A stretch of DNA of 45,308 nt from Candidatus Rifleibacteriota bacterium (GCA_905236865.1 CAJOQX010000306.1:1-45308); one strand, 5' to 3'; shown: positions 1-9,346, counted from the stretch's first letter. Made by a program: numbers and translations. The notes: generated by a model from the letters alone, not told the origin.

Positions 1-45
1 GATGAGAGATGAGAGAGGTAATGAGAGCTTAACATCTCTCTCTCG
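1..45. repeat. GA-rich/CT-rich degenerate repeat (heptamer family), truncated by window edge
   Basis: GATGAGA GATGAGA GAGG...TGAGAG followed by the complementary tract TCTCTCTCTCG; same unit type as 177-211, 8154-8188 and 33942-33983. Confidence 0.55.
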
Positions 46-65
46 TCTTTACTAACGATTATAAC

Positions 66-101
66 CGTCATTGTGAGGCTTCGTAGAAGCCGTGACAATC
101 C
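66..101. repeat. REP-like short palindromic element
   Basis: CGTCATTGTGA-GGCTTC-GTA-GAAGCC-GTGACAATCC: perfect 6-bp inner stem (77-82/86-91) with complementary flanks (GTCA/TGAC, ATTGT/ACAAT); GC-rich against the AT-rich background. Confidence 0.6.
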
Positions 102-176
102 AGAGGTTAGTCTTAAAAACTTTATTGAACAACATATATTTTTTCATAGCAAAAAACTTTCATAAGCAAAAACAAT

Positions 177-211
177 ACCCTTATCTCTAAGCTCTACTCT
201 CTTATCTCTTT
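177..211. repeat. degenerate 7-bp tandem repeat (5 units)
   Basis: ACCCTTA TCTCTAA GCTCTAC TCTCTTA TCTCTTT. Confidence 0.7.
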
Positions 212-273
212 TTAAACAGAGGTCGCATGATGAGAAATATGTCGAACAAGCGAAGAAAGACTGATTAATAACT

Positions 274-295
274 AAAAAAGTTTGCGTTTGCACTG
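274..295 (-). mobile_element. solo ISAs1-like terminal inverted repeat / repeated intergenic motif, copy 1
   Basis: AAAAAAGTTTGCGTTTGCACTG; 21/22 identical to 20102-20123. Its reverse complement begins CAGTG (CAGGG in the other copies), and CAGGG is the typical ISAs1-family end. Confidence 0.5.
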
Positions 296-355
296 ACTTC
301 GCATATACTGTGCTCGTAATTGATAATTAGTGTCAGCAGTCTTTATCTAATCTTT

Positions 356-2620
356 TTATTGTTTTGGAAGTACTCTAAGACCTGAAGCTGTAAAAACCAA
401 CAAATTCTTTGATTCACTATCAGTAAATACCCCTAAAATTCTATTGTTGCTCTTAAATGACAACGGAGTAAAAACATTGTTTTCTTTTAAATAAAGAGAG
501 TCAATACTAGATACCCAAAGATTATTTTCAGAATAATTAATAGAAATTGGATAATCAGGAACAATACCTGTTAGCGGAAGTTTATTTTTAGAATATTCAA
601 ATATTCTCCCATCATTTAAAGCTATATAAAGAGATTTGTTTTCAAAATTACAAACATCAACAATTTTAGCAGAATCAGTATTTCCTCTGTAAAACATTAA
701 ATTCCATTTTCCATCAGCTTCATGAGCCATAACACCTTGATTAAGAACAGCAATATACTGCTCTGAAATCTTCCAAATAGAATGGCAATTATCAACAAAC
801 TCTGTTGGAATAATAAAAAATGGTTTTAATTCTTTATTATCATAAATTTTAACATTACCATCTGCGAATAATAACAAAAGCTTGTCATCATCACTAATGC
901 TCATATATTTTAAACCTGATGTTTCTTTTGAATCTACTATTAATTCTGCCTTATCGTCTATGATTTTATATATTCCAGCTTTGCTACTATATGCATAACA
1001 ATCTTTTTTATTGCTACAAAGCTTATTGGCATTTGATTTACTGTTATTGTTTACTTGACTCCAATTTTTACCATCAAAAGCCCAAATTCCTCTATTTGTT
1101 GTAGCCAAATAATACTTACCGTTAAAGAAAGTAATATCTGAAAAAACAGGATTTTGTAATTCAACAGGAAGTTCAACCATTGGTTTCTGATTAGGAGAAT
1201 AATCTCCTATAGGAATAGCACTTTCCATCAAAGGTTCTTTTCCATCTGTTTCAAGTAATCCATAGTCAGGCATTCTTTTGTATATTGGACGATTTTGAAC
1301 AGGAAGAGTTGTTACAGGTAATGTAGGAGTATATGTTCCCAACTCTGGAACAACCCCAAAAATAGAACTTTTGCCAACATTTCCAGAAAAATCAAAGTAA
1401 TAAAGGAACACCGAAGACTTGCCTGTAGCGGCTAAAAAAGTATCGCACAAACATAAAGAATGAGTCGGAATACTAGATAAACGATCCATTTTTCCTTTAT
1501 AATAACGGAAAACGCCTTCATTAGAAGCTATAAATAAGATTTCTCCAGCATTAATTATAGAATTTATATAACTAGGCTTTGTAGTGGAAAGCATTGTCCA
1601 TTCACGGTTTCTTGAACTTCTATAACCCGCAATTATACCGTGGTCAGTTCCAATGAAAACATTTTTATCTGTAGTAATCATACATCTAGGCCTTTTGCCT
1701 GCCAAAACTTCCAAATTTAGACTATCTAGCTTATCAGGATGTCCAATAAGTATTCCTTCATCATGTAAAATCCAAAGCTCTTTCCGTTGAAAAGCAAAAC
1801 TCTTGGCTATATAATCATAAGTTTTAGGAATAAAAATAAGCTTTTCACCATTGTTATAATAAATACCTTTGCCTAACGTACCGAACAAGAACTGTTTCTT
1901 TTTCTCATTAACAACTGAAAACGAGTTAATTAGCCTATCAGGGAGTTTATTTTCGGCAATAAATGGTTTTATTTCATTATTTTCATACTCAAAGATTCCA
2001 GGATAACCAGCAATTAATAAACGATTACCAAGTATAGACAAATCTTTCCCATAAAAATTTTCAGGTAAATCTTTTAACTTTTTAGACCCACCAGATACTG
2101 TATCTATTTCTGTAACACCGTTATTCCCAGCAATATACAGTTTGTTGTTAAACCAGATAGAATCAGAAATTATACTATGTTCTTCAAATGGTAGCTCACG
2201 AACACGGCTTATTTGCCCACCAAAAACACCTATACTTGTATTGCGTCTTTCTACAATATTTTGAATTGGATTGATAGAAATGATTCCATAAACAAAAAGG
2301 ATAAAAATAATAGAAAAATCTACTATCGGAGTCCAATTTGAACATTTGCTTTTTAAAAAGTCTTCCTGTGCTGCTAATTTTGAAATACTCTCATTCAAAG
2401 AAGTTAATTCAGCAGTTTGAGCAACAGTGACACCAATAAATTTCTGTTCGTTTTCTTTAATTAGCTTATTTAAAGCAGTTTTCTGTCTTCTATAAGTTTT
2501 GATTTGTATGATAATTTTGCTGATTTCCCACCAGCGTAAAGTCTCATCGTAAACCCAAAACATAGCATCTATAAGGTTATATAAAAATTTGCCTATTTTT
2601 GAATTTTCTTCTTCCATCAT
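356..2620 (-). CDS. membrane-anchored beta-propeller repeat protein (sensor-like ligand-binding propellers, no output domain)
   Basis: Start moved to the ATG-ATG at 2620/2617 after GGAG, avoiding overlap with murI. N-terminal helical region, one TM (FSIIFILFVYGII), then propeller blades (LYIAGNNGV, FLFGTLGKGI, VFIGTDHGI, LFIASNEGV, YLATTNRGI) in two blocks split by a Pro-rich linker. Confidence 0.75.
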   Translation of the reverse strand: MMEEENSKIGKFLYNLIDAMFWVYDETLRWWEISKIIIQIKTYRRQKTALNKLIKENEQKFIGVTVAQTAELTSLNESISKLAAQEDFLKSKCSNWTPIVDFSIIFILFVYGIISINPIQNIVERRNTSIGVFGGQISRVRELPFEEHSIISDSIWFNNKLYIAGNNGVTEIDTVSGGSKKLKDLPENFYGKDLSILGNRLLIAGYPGIFEYENNEIKPFIAENKLPDRLINSFSVVNEKKKQFLFGTLGKGIYYNNGEKLIFIPKTYDYIAKSFAFQRKELWILHDEGILIGHPDKLDSLNLEVLAGKRPRCMITTDKNVFIGTDHGIIAGYRSSRNREWTMLSTTKPSYINSIINAGEILFIASNEGVFRYYKGKMDRLSSIPTHSLCLCDTFLAATGKSSVFLYYFDFSGNVGKSSIFGVVPELGTYTPTLPVTTLPVQNRPIYKRMPDYGLLETDGKEPLMESAIPIGDYSPNQKPMVELPVELQNPVFSDITFFNGKYYLATTNRGIWAFDGKNWSQVNNNSKSNANKLCSNKKDCYAYSSKAGIYKIIDDKAELIVDSKETSGLKYMSISDDDKLLLLFADGNVKIYDNKELKPFFIIPTEFVDNCHSIWKISEQYIAVLNQGVMAHEADGKWNLMFYRGNTDSAKIVDVCNFENKSLYIALNDGRIFEYSKNKLPLTGIVPDYPISINYSENNLWVSSIDSLYLKENNVFTPLSFKSNNRILGVFTDSESKNLLVFTASGLRVLPKQ

Positions 2621-2630
2621 AACTCCAACT

Positions 2631-3458
2631 CTAATATTCGACCCAAGGATGAGAAACACACTTGCCATCAATATCTCTATTTAAGAATTTGCTAGCAATA
2701 TTTGTAAATGTTTCTGGACTATCGGAAACAAAAAAGCTTTCTTTGCCTAGAGTTTCTTGTTCAGTCACAATACGTCTAGCTTCAAGAGTTTCTTTTACCT
2801 CTTTAGCTGTTTCATAAGCAGAATCTACGAGACAAATCTTATTATCAAAGAAATTACTAATTTGCTCTTTCAACAGAGGGTAATGAGTACAAGCCAAAAT
2901 TACAGATTTTACATCTGTTTTCTTTAAATCGGAAAGATACATATCCATAGCGTCTTCGGCAAGTTTTGTATTCATAAGGTTTTCTTCGACTATAGGAACA
3001 AAAAGTGGACAAGGAACAGCAATAACATTAAGAGAGTTACGAAGCCTCTTTATTCTGTTTTGATATGCACCAGAATTAATAGTTGCTTTTGTTCCAATGA
3101 CAGCAATACTATTATTTTTAGCAGACTTTATTGCTGCTCTGACTCCTGGTTCAATAACACCAATCACTGGTATTCTAACTTCATTCTTTAAAGTTGATAA
3201 AGCTAATGCAGAAGCTGTATTACAAGCAATAACAATCATTTTCACATTCTGCATTTCCAAAAATTTAGCTATTTCCAAAGAATATTTCTGAACAACAGTC
3301 GATGATTTATTGCCATAAGGAACTCTTGCGGTATCGCCAAAGTATATTAAATTTTCAAAAGGAAGAAGTTCACGTATTTCTTTAAATACTGTTAAACCTC
3401 CGACACCTGAATCAAATATTCCTATAGGTCTATTATCCATTTTTACACTCTTGCTCAA
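2631..3458 (-). CDS. murI: glutamate racemase
   Basis: PIGIFDSGVGGLTV, GDTARVPYG, catalytic ACNTAS and LACTHYP motifs; the start may be the ATG at 3440. Confidence 0.97.
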   Translation of the reverse strand: MSKSVKMDNRPIGIFDSGVGGLTVFKEIRELLPFENLIYFGDTARVPYGNKSSTVVQKYSLEIAKFLEMQNVKMIVIACNTASALALSTLKNEVRIPVIGVIEPGVRAAIKSAKNNSIAVIGTKATINSGAYQNRIKRLRNSLNVIAVPCPLFVPIVEENLMNTKLAEDAMDMYLSDLKKTDVKSVILACTHYPLLKEQISNFFDNKICLVDSAYETAKEVKETLEARRIVTEQETLGKESFFVSDSPETFTNIASKFLNRDIDGKCVSHPWVEY

Positions 3459-5188
3459 TCTTTATTTAACTTGTATCTCATGATATATACAACAAAAACA
3501 GGTATTTCTAACATACGAAATATTCTTTTAGGTTCTAGACAAAGCCTAAATAACCATTCCATACCGAAACGCTGCATCCATTGAGGGGCTCTAGGCAAAT
3601 TTCCAGAAATAACATCAAAACTTCCGCCAACACCTATTGCTACGGCATTACTAGCATATTCACGGAGTTTAGTAATAAAATCTTCTTGTCGTGGAACTCC
3701 CATTGCTACAAAAACTATATCAGCTTTACTATCTTTGATTTTTTGAAGCATTATTTTTTCTTCATCAGAATCTATTTTAAAATAACCATGTTCAACACCG
3801 ACAATATTTGCATTGGTTTTCTCTTTTAGGATTTCAGCAGCTTTTGAAGCAACACCTGGTTTACTTCCGATAAAGAAAATCTTATGATTTTTCTCTTTAG
3901 ACATTTCACAAATCTGCCCTACTAATGCAACTCCTGGAACTCTACTAGGAAGTGGTGTTCCAATAAAATCAGCGGCCCAAACAATACCTGCCCCATCAGG
4001 AACAATCAATTCTGCAGCCTCTACTTTAGATTTAAAATTATTGTCTTTATGAGCCTTTACAATAGCAAGAGAGTCTGCTGTTAAAATGTGCATAAAACCA
4101 GAATTTGGTTTTGCTATATGCTCACTAATTTTGTCCAAAACATCTTTGGGATGTATTGCATCTACTTTAACTCCGAGTATATCAACTTTTTCCAAATCAT
4201 CATGCATAAAATCATAACTTACTGTTTTTCTTGCAAAGGTTTTTATAAAACTTGTCATACTCAAAAACAATAGGGCGAGCAAACAGACATATCCAAAAAT
4301 AGGTGCATTTAAAGAAACAAGAAGTCCAGTAAAATTAAGACATAAAAATATTAATGCGGAAAAATTAATCGTTTTTTCACGATTCAAAGACCAACGCCAG
4401 CCATGCTTATCTTCATTATCAGTTTTATGCAATCTGTTACCAAAGTAAGAAGTAACAATCATCAAACTTATAAAAGCTATAGGATATAAAATAGCCATAG
4501 CAGGAATAAAAAAGCTAAAAAGTATTAGATTTCCAGTTGATTCACTTAAAGAAACCAATGACAATGCTACGCCAGATGCAAATATTCCCGAGTTGCTCAT
4601 TAAAATTCTATTTCCTGAACAAGTATGAACAATAGTGGCAACTGAGAATGTAGCAAGAGCAAAATCTATTAAAGTCAATATTATATTATAGTTTGAAGAG
4701 TTCAACATAAACAAAAGATGAGTTATTGCAGATGTTGAAATAAGAATAAATGGCATCTCATATACTAGGCTTGAAATTTTTAAACAAACCAGCAAAATAA
4801 ATATAAAGCCTGAATAACTAACTATATTTAAAGTAGAAAGTCCTGGAAAATAGAAATAAACAGCTATAAAAGAAAAAAGTAAAGCGGCAGGGAAAATGAT
4901 TCTTTTCGGATATCTGTATTTATCTCTTAAAAAACCAATTACAGCAAACGCAAAAATGATTATAAGAATTTTATAATCTATTTCTGCATTTGGTATACTT
5001 GCTTTGTTAAGATAATAGCCTAAAACTATACCAAATAGAGAGCCAAAAAAAGGCAAAGCTCCAGCATATTGCTCATATCTCTTTAATTCGTAAGGAAAAT
5101 TAAATGGGATTTTGTGTGCAATATACGTAAAAGTAATCATACCCATAAGAGCTAGGGTAATTGACGATAAAAAAACATCTATCTGCAT
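3455..5188 (-). CDS. fusion of a degenerate MraY/WecA/TagO-like membrane domain and a WecB/TagA/CpsF glycosyltransferase
   Basis: About 10 N-terminal TM segments; C-terminal TagA-family motifs LIVPDGAGIVWA, RVPGVAL, HGYF, VAMGVPRQE, GVGGSFD, RAPQWMQRFGMEWLFRL. Confidence 0.85.
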   Translation of the reverse strand: MQIDVFLSSITLALMGMITFTYIAHKIPFNFPYELKRYEQYAGALPFFGSLFGIVLGYYLNKASIPNAEIDYKILIIIFAFAVIGFLRDKYRYPKRIIFPAALLFSFIAVYFYFPGLSTLNIVSYSGFIFILLVCLKISSLVYEMPFILISTSAITHLLFMLNSSNYNIILTLIDFALATFSVATIVHTCSGNRILMSNSGIFASGVALSLVSLSESTGNLILFSFFIPAMAILYPIAFISLMIVTSYFGNRLHKTDNEDKHGWRWSLNREKTINFSALIFLCLNFTGLLVSLNAPIFGYVCLLALLFLSMTSFIKTFARKTVSYDFMHDDLEKVDILGVKVDAIHPKDVLDKISEHIAKPNSGFMHILTADSLAIVKAHKDNNFKSKVEAAELIVPDGAGIVWAADFIGTPLPSRVPGVALVGQICEMSKEKNHKIFFIGSKPGVASKAAEILKEKTNANIVGVEHGYFKIDSDEEKIMLQKIKDSKADIVFVAMGVPRQEDFITKLREYASNAVAIGVGGSFDVISGNLPRAPQWMQRFGMEWLFRLCLEPKRIFRMLEIPVFVVYIMRYKLNKD

Positions 5189-5204
5189 AATTATAGGTCA
5201 AATA

Positions 5205-5462
5205 TTACGTATTGCCAGATAGCTCGCAATAGACTATGTAATAAAGGATGAGACCGAAATAAATAAATTCTAACCCAATTACAAATGGGTAATTTTTTCT
5301 TAATTCGTCCCACCAATCCCAAAAAAAATTGAGTCTATCGAATAGTGCAAGAAGAATTTGCACTAAAACATAAGAGAAAACAAAAACAATTGTTAATATA
5401 ATTGGAATTATGTAATAGTAAGACATAAGAATGATTTTACATATTTTTTTTTGAACTGTCAA
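5205..5462 (-). CDS. small two-TM membrane protein, hypothetical
   Basis: Fills the gap between co-oriented genes; two hydrophobic stretches; the start may be the ATG at 5426. Confidence 0.55.
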   Translation of the reverse strand: MTVQKKICKIILMSYYYIIPIILTIVFVFSYVLVQILLALFDRLNFFWDWWDELRKNYPFVIGLEFIYFGLILYYIVYCELSGNT

Positions 5463-5465
5463 GAA

Positions 5466-7979
5466 TTATAGATTGCTATTGTTTCTCTCTTCTTGATATA
5501 TCAAATATAATTCATTTTGAGCAGCTTCTTTTAATTCATAATCACATCGTTCCTCGTAATCTGTAATTATATTGAAATAATATTTGGCTTGTTCTTTCTT
5601 ATTTTCTGCTTTACAGCATTTTCCTAGCATAAAAATAAATTTATGATAGAGTTTCTTATTATTATAATCAGCTAATGCAAGTCTTAATCCTTCCTTTGCC
5701 AACCATTTCAAATCATTATAAGAAGATAATTGTTCGGCTATTTTGCATATTTCATAAAAAACATTAACATTATCTGGAGCATATTTAAGTATTTCTTTGC
5801 CTTCTGATATAGCATTTTTCAAATTATTAGCTTCTTGAAATCTTTTCATTAACCGCAAATGTTTTTTTGCTTCGTTAAAATTACTCTCTCCATTATCTTC
5901 TAATTCTTTTTCTATTCTCAAAATATCACTATAAGTATTATAGGTAGAATCAATTTCTTTAGCTTTTTTAAATAAATCCAAAGCCTCTTTATACTGTTTT
6001 TTCATTTCTTTTTGACGACCTAATTTATAATAAGGTGCAGCAAATCTTTCTTTAACTGGAATCATATTTAATAAATAAACAGCTAATTCATAATATTCTG
6101 CTGGAAGATCCATATCCCCCCAAGCTTGGTAAGAGATATAATCTCCATAAACAGTAAAAATAAAAGGTAAATAGCGAAAATCATCTTTTATGGGGCAAGT
6201 TTTTAATGCATCAAATACTAATTGCGATTCCTCTGTATAATGATATTCGTAAATATCTTCACTCAAAATCTTTCTAGCATAAATTTCACAATCATCGTCT
6301 TTTATTCCCAATGCAGCATTGTATTCTACAATAGCCTGTTCATACAAACCATCGTTAAACGCTTGATTACCCTTATTAAAATGCTCATTTGCCAATTGTA
6401 AGTTTTTACCTTTTATGTCTGTTTTTCCGTTTTTTATGTCTTCTATACGTGAAATTTGATAATCAGCATTAGATTGTTTTGCCCATTCAGGAACTTCTTC
6501 TTTTAATTTTTTATAATATTGAATTGCCTCATCAAAACGTTTCAAACTAACTAAACACCAGGCTATATTTTCATAATATTTAAAAGGACGAGAAGATAAA
6601 TTAATAGCTTTTATAAAATATTCTTCCGCTTTGTCATAATTTTTTGTTCGTTCGTAATCAATTGCCAATTCATTATAAGCTGAACAAAGTGCAGTATTGT
6701 TTCCCGTTCTAATAGCACATTCAATACGTTCTTCCAGTGCCTCACGAAACTCTGAAAATTCTTTATCAGAGTCATTTGTTCTAACATATTCTTCATAGTT
6801 TAAAGAAATTAGACTATCAAGCATACTAGCTTCTTCAGGAAGAAGATTTTTAACTTTTTTATACTCTTCTATACTTTCTAACCTCTTACCTTTGCTCATT
6901 AGTTCCTCTGCATGTAAGTAAATTTTATATGCATTAACTATTTCCTCTAAAGTATGTTTATCAAAGCTGTTTTTGAAGTATATTTTCGCATCAATTACTA
7001 GACGTTTGTATTCTTCTTGCTCTTTTGTTCTACCTTCGCTAAGATTACATTCCATTTGACTTCTTGCACGTCTTAATTCTTTTATATCATAGAAATCTTT
7101 TTTTACCGATTCTATATAATTAATGGTTTCAACCCCTTTTTTGTTATCACCTGTAGATTTATATATGTAAGCCATATCACGATATATGTGCAAATAGTCT
7201 TCTTTTGGACCATAACAATAATTTAACGCTTTTGTATAATATTCTAACGCCTTTTCATTGTCATTATGAACCCCAAGATAATAATGCTTTCCCATAAAAT
7301 AATAAATGTTACAGAACTCTTTTTTAATATCTTGGTTATTAGAAAGTTTTATACAAAGTTCACAAATATCTACAGAACGCTTTTTGTCAAAATAATTATC
7401 ACGTTTAAAACAAAATCTAAACAATTCGTAAGCAATATCAACATTATCTGGTGATAATTCTAAAGCTTTGTCGTAGTATGCTAATGCTAATTCAGCAATT
7501 TCTATTCTAGAACCTATTATTTCTGATATTTTTTCTAGTTTATAGGCTATATAATAATATAAATAAGCTTTTTCTAGATTAGACATTGAGTTTATCTTAT
7601 CTTGCAGACTATTACCCCAATATTTTAAGACATACTCATCTATACTAGTATTTTTGTTATCAATTTCTTCATCAACATATTTTCTAACTGCTAATTCTAT
7701 TTTTGGGGAATTTGTAATTGTTGTATTTGTTTTAAAAGCTGAATTAAAGATGTTCTTACCTTCTTTTATAATATCTGAAATATTTTGTGTTATATCATTA
7801 TCTTTATCAACTATAACATTTTTTGAAAAATTCTTAATTGTATTTTTATTGTCAACTTTGTTATTAGATTCATTATTATTAACATTGCTTTCATTAACAT
7901 TTTTATTATAATTATTATCATCTTCTATACTATTTATTATTTTAGTGGCAATATTTTGTGCCATCTTAAAAATATCCAT
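5466..7979 (-). CDS. soluble multi-TPR protein
   Basis: AGGAG RBS; Asn-rich N-terminus; many TPR signatures (ALAYYDKALELSP, ALEYYTKAL, YDKAEEYFIKAI, FDEAIQYY, YEQAIVEYNAAL, YKEALDLFKKA). Confidence 0.88.
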   Translation of the reverse strand: MDIFKMAQNIATKIINSIEDDNNYNKNVNESNVNNNESNNKVDNKNTIKNFSKNVIVDKDNDITQNISDIIKEGKNIFNSAFKTNTTITNSPKIELAVRKYVDEEIDNKNTSIDEYVLKYWGNSLQDKINSMSNLEKAYLYYYIAYKLEKISEIIGSRIEIAELALAYYDKALELSPDNVDIAYELFRFCFKRDNYFDKKRSVDICELCIKLSNNQDIKKEFCNIYYFMGKHYYLGVHNDNEKALEYYTKALNYCYGPKEDYLHIYRDMAYIYKSTGDNKKGVETINYIESVKKDFYDIKELRRARSQMECNLSEGRTKEQEEYKRLVIDAKIYFKNSFDKHTLEEIVNAYKIYLHAEELMSKGKRLESIEEYKKVKNLLPEEASMLDSLISLNYEEYVRTNDSDKEFSEFREALEERIECAIRTGNNTALCSAYNELAIDYERTKNYDKAEEYFIKAINLSSRPFKYYENIAWCLVSLKRFDEAIQYYKKLKEEVPEWAKQSNADYQISRIEDIKNGKTDIKGKNLQLANEHFNKGNQAFNDGLYEQAIVEYNAALGIKDDDCEIYARKILSEDIYEYHYTEESQLVFDALKTCPIKDDFRYLPFIFTVYGDYISYQAWGDMDLPAEYYELAVYLLNMIPVKERFAAPYYKLGRQKEMKKQYKEALDLFKKAKEIDSTYNTYSDILRIEKELEDNGESNFNEAKKHLRLMKRFQEANNLKNAISEGKEILKYAPDNVNVFYEICKIAEQLSSYNDLKWLAKEGLRLALADYNNKKLYHKFIFMLGKCCKAENKKEQAKYYFNIITDYEERCDYELKEAAQNELYLIYQEERNNSNL

Positions 7980-8063
7980 AGATCATTCTCCTAATTGTTA
8001 ACCACAATAATACTCTTATAATATCACATTGTTTCATAATTTTAGCAATGAAATAAAGAAAAT

Positions 8064-8084
8064 CAGGGCAAACGTAAACTTTTT
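8064..8084 (+). mobile_element. solo ISAs1-like terminal inverted repeat / repeated intergenic motif, copy 2
   Basis: CAGGGCAAACGTAAACTTTTT; 20/21 identical to the reverse complement of 20103-20123. Confidence 0.55.
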
Positions 8085-8153
8085 CTTTTATTGATTGATG
8101 AATCTTTCATAGTTAGTAGATTCATAATAATGACAATGAGATGCGAGATAATT

Positions 8154-8188
8154 TAAGAGTTTAGAGATAAGAAATGAAAGATGAGGGA
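8154..8188. repeat. degenerate 7-bp tandem repeat (5 units, purine strand)
   Basis: TAAGAGT TTAGAGA TAAGAAA TGAAAGA TGAGGGA; reverse complement of the YCYCTMA-type units elsewhere. Confidence 0.65.
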
Positions 8189-8286
8189 ATTGTTGATAAA
8201 AATAAAAGAATATTTTAAAATAAATCTTGAAATAGAATAAAATTAATTAAGATAAAAATAACTAAACAAAATCGAAAGGGGAAAAA

Positions 8287-9258
8287 ATGAAAAAATACGT
8301 TTTTATTATAATAACGCTTATAAGTTTATATATTGCAATGCTTATTATATCCAATATTTGCAATGATTTAGGGAAATACAAAGAAGCTGTTACAGAAGCC
8401 AAAAAAGCTAAACAAGAAGCTGTAGAAGCTGAAAAAAAAGCAAAAATATCTTTGTTGGAAGCTGACAAAAAAACTAAAATTATTATAGAAGAAGCTGAAA
8501 AGAAAGCAAATATAATAATTACCCAAGCAGAAGAAAAAGCAAAATTAGTGGAAACAAAAGCTAAGGAAACAGAAGATAAAGCAAAAGAAGAACAAAAACT
8601 TGCCACAAAACTCATAGAAGAAGCAAAAGAGTCTTCAAGTGATAATTCTACAGTAATGCAGATAATTGCCAAAGCGAAAGAAGATCAGAAAAGAGCTGAC
8701 CAACTATTAGACGAGGTAAAAAAAGAGAAAGAAATTAACAACAATAACTTAAAATTAATTGCTGAACTTTCAGAAAAGAATAAAGCAGAAGAAATAAGAC
8801 TAGCGGATGAAAGACAAAAATTAGAAACTGAAACACAAGAACTAAAAGCACTTCTTTCAAAAACTATAAAAGAAAAAGAAGAAGCTAAAGTTTTGGCTAA
8901 AAATGTGACAAATAATAAAGAAGTCACTAATAAGCTACACGAAAACAACAATAAAAAATCAAATAAGACAAAAAAAGAGAAAAAAGAAGTCACTTATTCG
9001 ACTGATTACGACAATGAAATAATAGCAGATTTCATTAAACAGAAAAACATAGCAAATGATAGAATAACAAATATCATCGCAACATTTGTTAGTGATGAAA
9101 ATATCGTAGTAGATGCTCCTGGACCAAATTCTAAGCTTATTGCTGTTCCTTCTAAAGGTTCTAAATGCGAAGTTTTGGAACAGAAATATTATTGGTATAA
9201 AATTAAATATAATGAATTAATTGGCTGGACTAAAAGATCAAATATTAAGTTTAAATAA
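8287..9258 (+). CDS. N-terminally anchored coiled-coil protein with C-terminal bacterial SH3 domain
   Basis: N-terminal hydrophobic helix; 11-residue repeats (AEKKAKISLLE/ADKKTKIIIEE/AEKKANIIITQ/AEEKAKLVETK); SH3b-like end DAPGPNSKLI...EVLEQKYYWYKIKYNELIGW. Confidence 0.8.
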   Translation: MKKYVFIIITLISLYIAMLIISNICNDLGKYKEAVTEAKKAKQEAVEAEKKAKISLLEADKKTKIIIEEAEKKANIIITQAEEKAKLVETKAKETEDKAKEEQKLATKLIEEAKESSSDNSTVMQIIAKAKEDQKRADQLLDEVKKEKEINNNNLKLIAELSEKNKAEEIRLADERQKLETETQELKALLSKTIKEKEEAKVLAKNVTNNKEVTNKLHENNNKKSNKTKKEKKEVTYSTDYDNEIIADFIKQKNIANDRITNIIATFVSDENIVVDAPGPNSKLIAVPSKGSKCEVLEQKYYWYKIKYNELIGWTKRSNIKFK

Positions 9259-9317
9259 TAGTTATTGTAAATTTACAAAAAAGTTACCATTACTAACAGT
9301 TAAATTAAAATAAGGTA

Positions 9318-9346
9318 TTGACTGATAAAAGTGCAAGTGCTAGTTT
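9318..9346 (+). promoter_or_regulatory. sigma70-type promoter
   Basis: TTGACT-N17-TAGTTT with extended -10 TG, upstream of the aminotransferase. Confidence 0.55.

Noticed and set aside
217-345. Lysine riboswitch (AGAGGTCGC...ATGAG start)
   Set aside because: The downstream conserved elements (GAAAGG, GCCGAA, closing helix) are missing, and no gene follows on that strand.
5320-5452. Poly-A/T tracts as phase-variation sites
   Set aside because: Runs of 8-9 nt are common in this AT-rich DNA, and no frameshifted gene is evident.
9330-9345. CIRCE half-site (AAGTGCTAG)
   Set aside because: No matching left arm at the 9-bp spacing; the sequence is explained by the extended -10.
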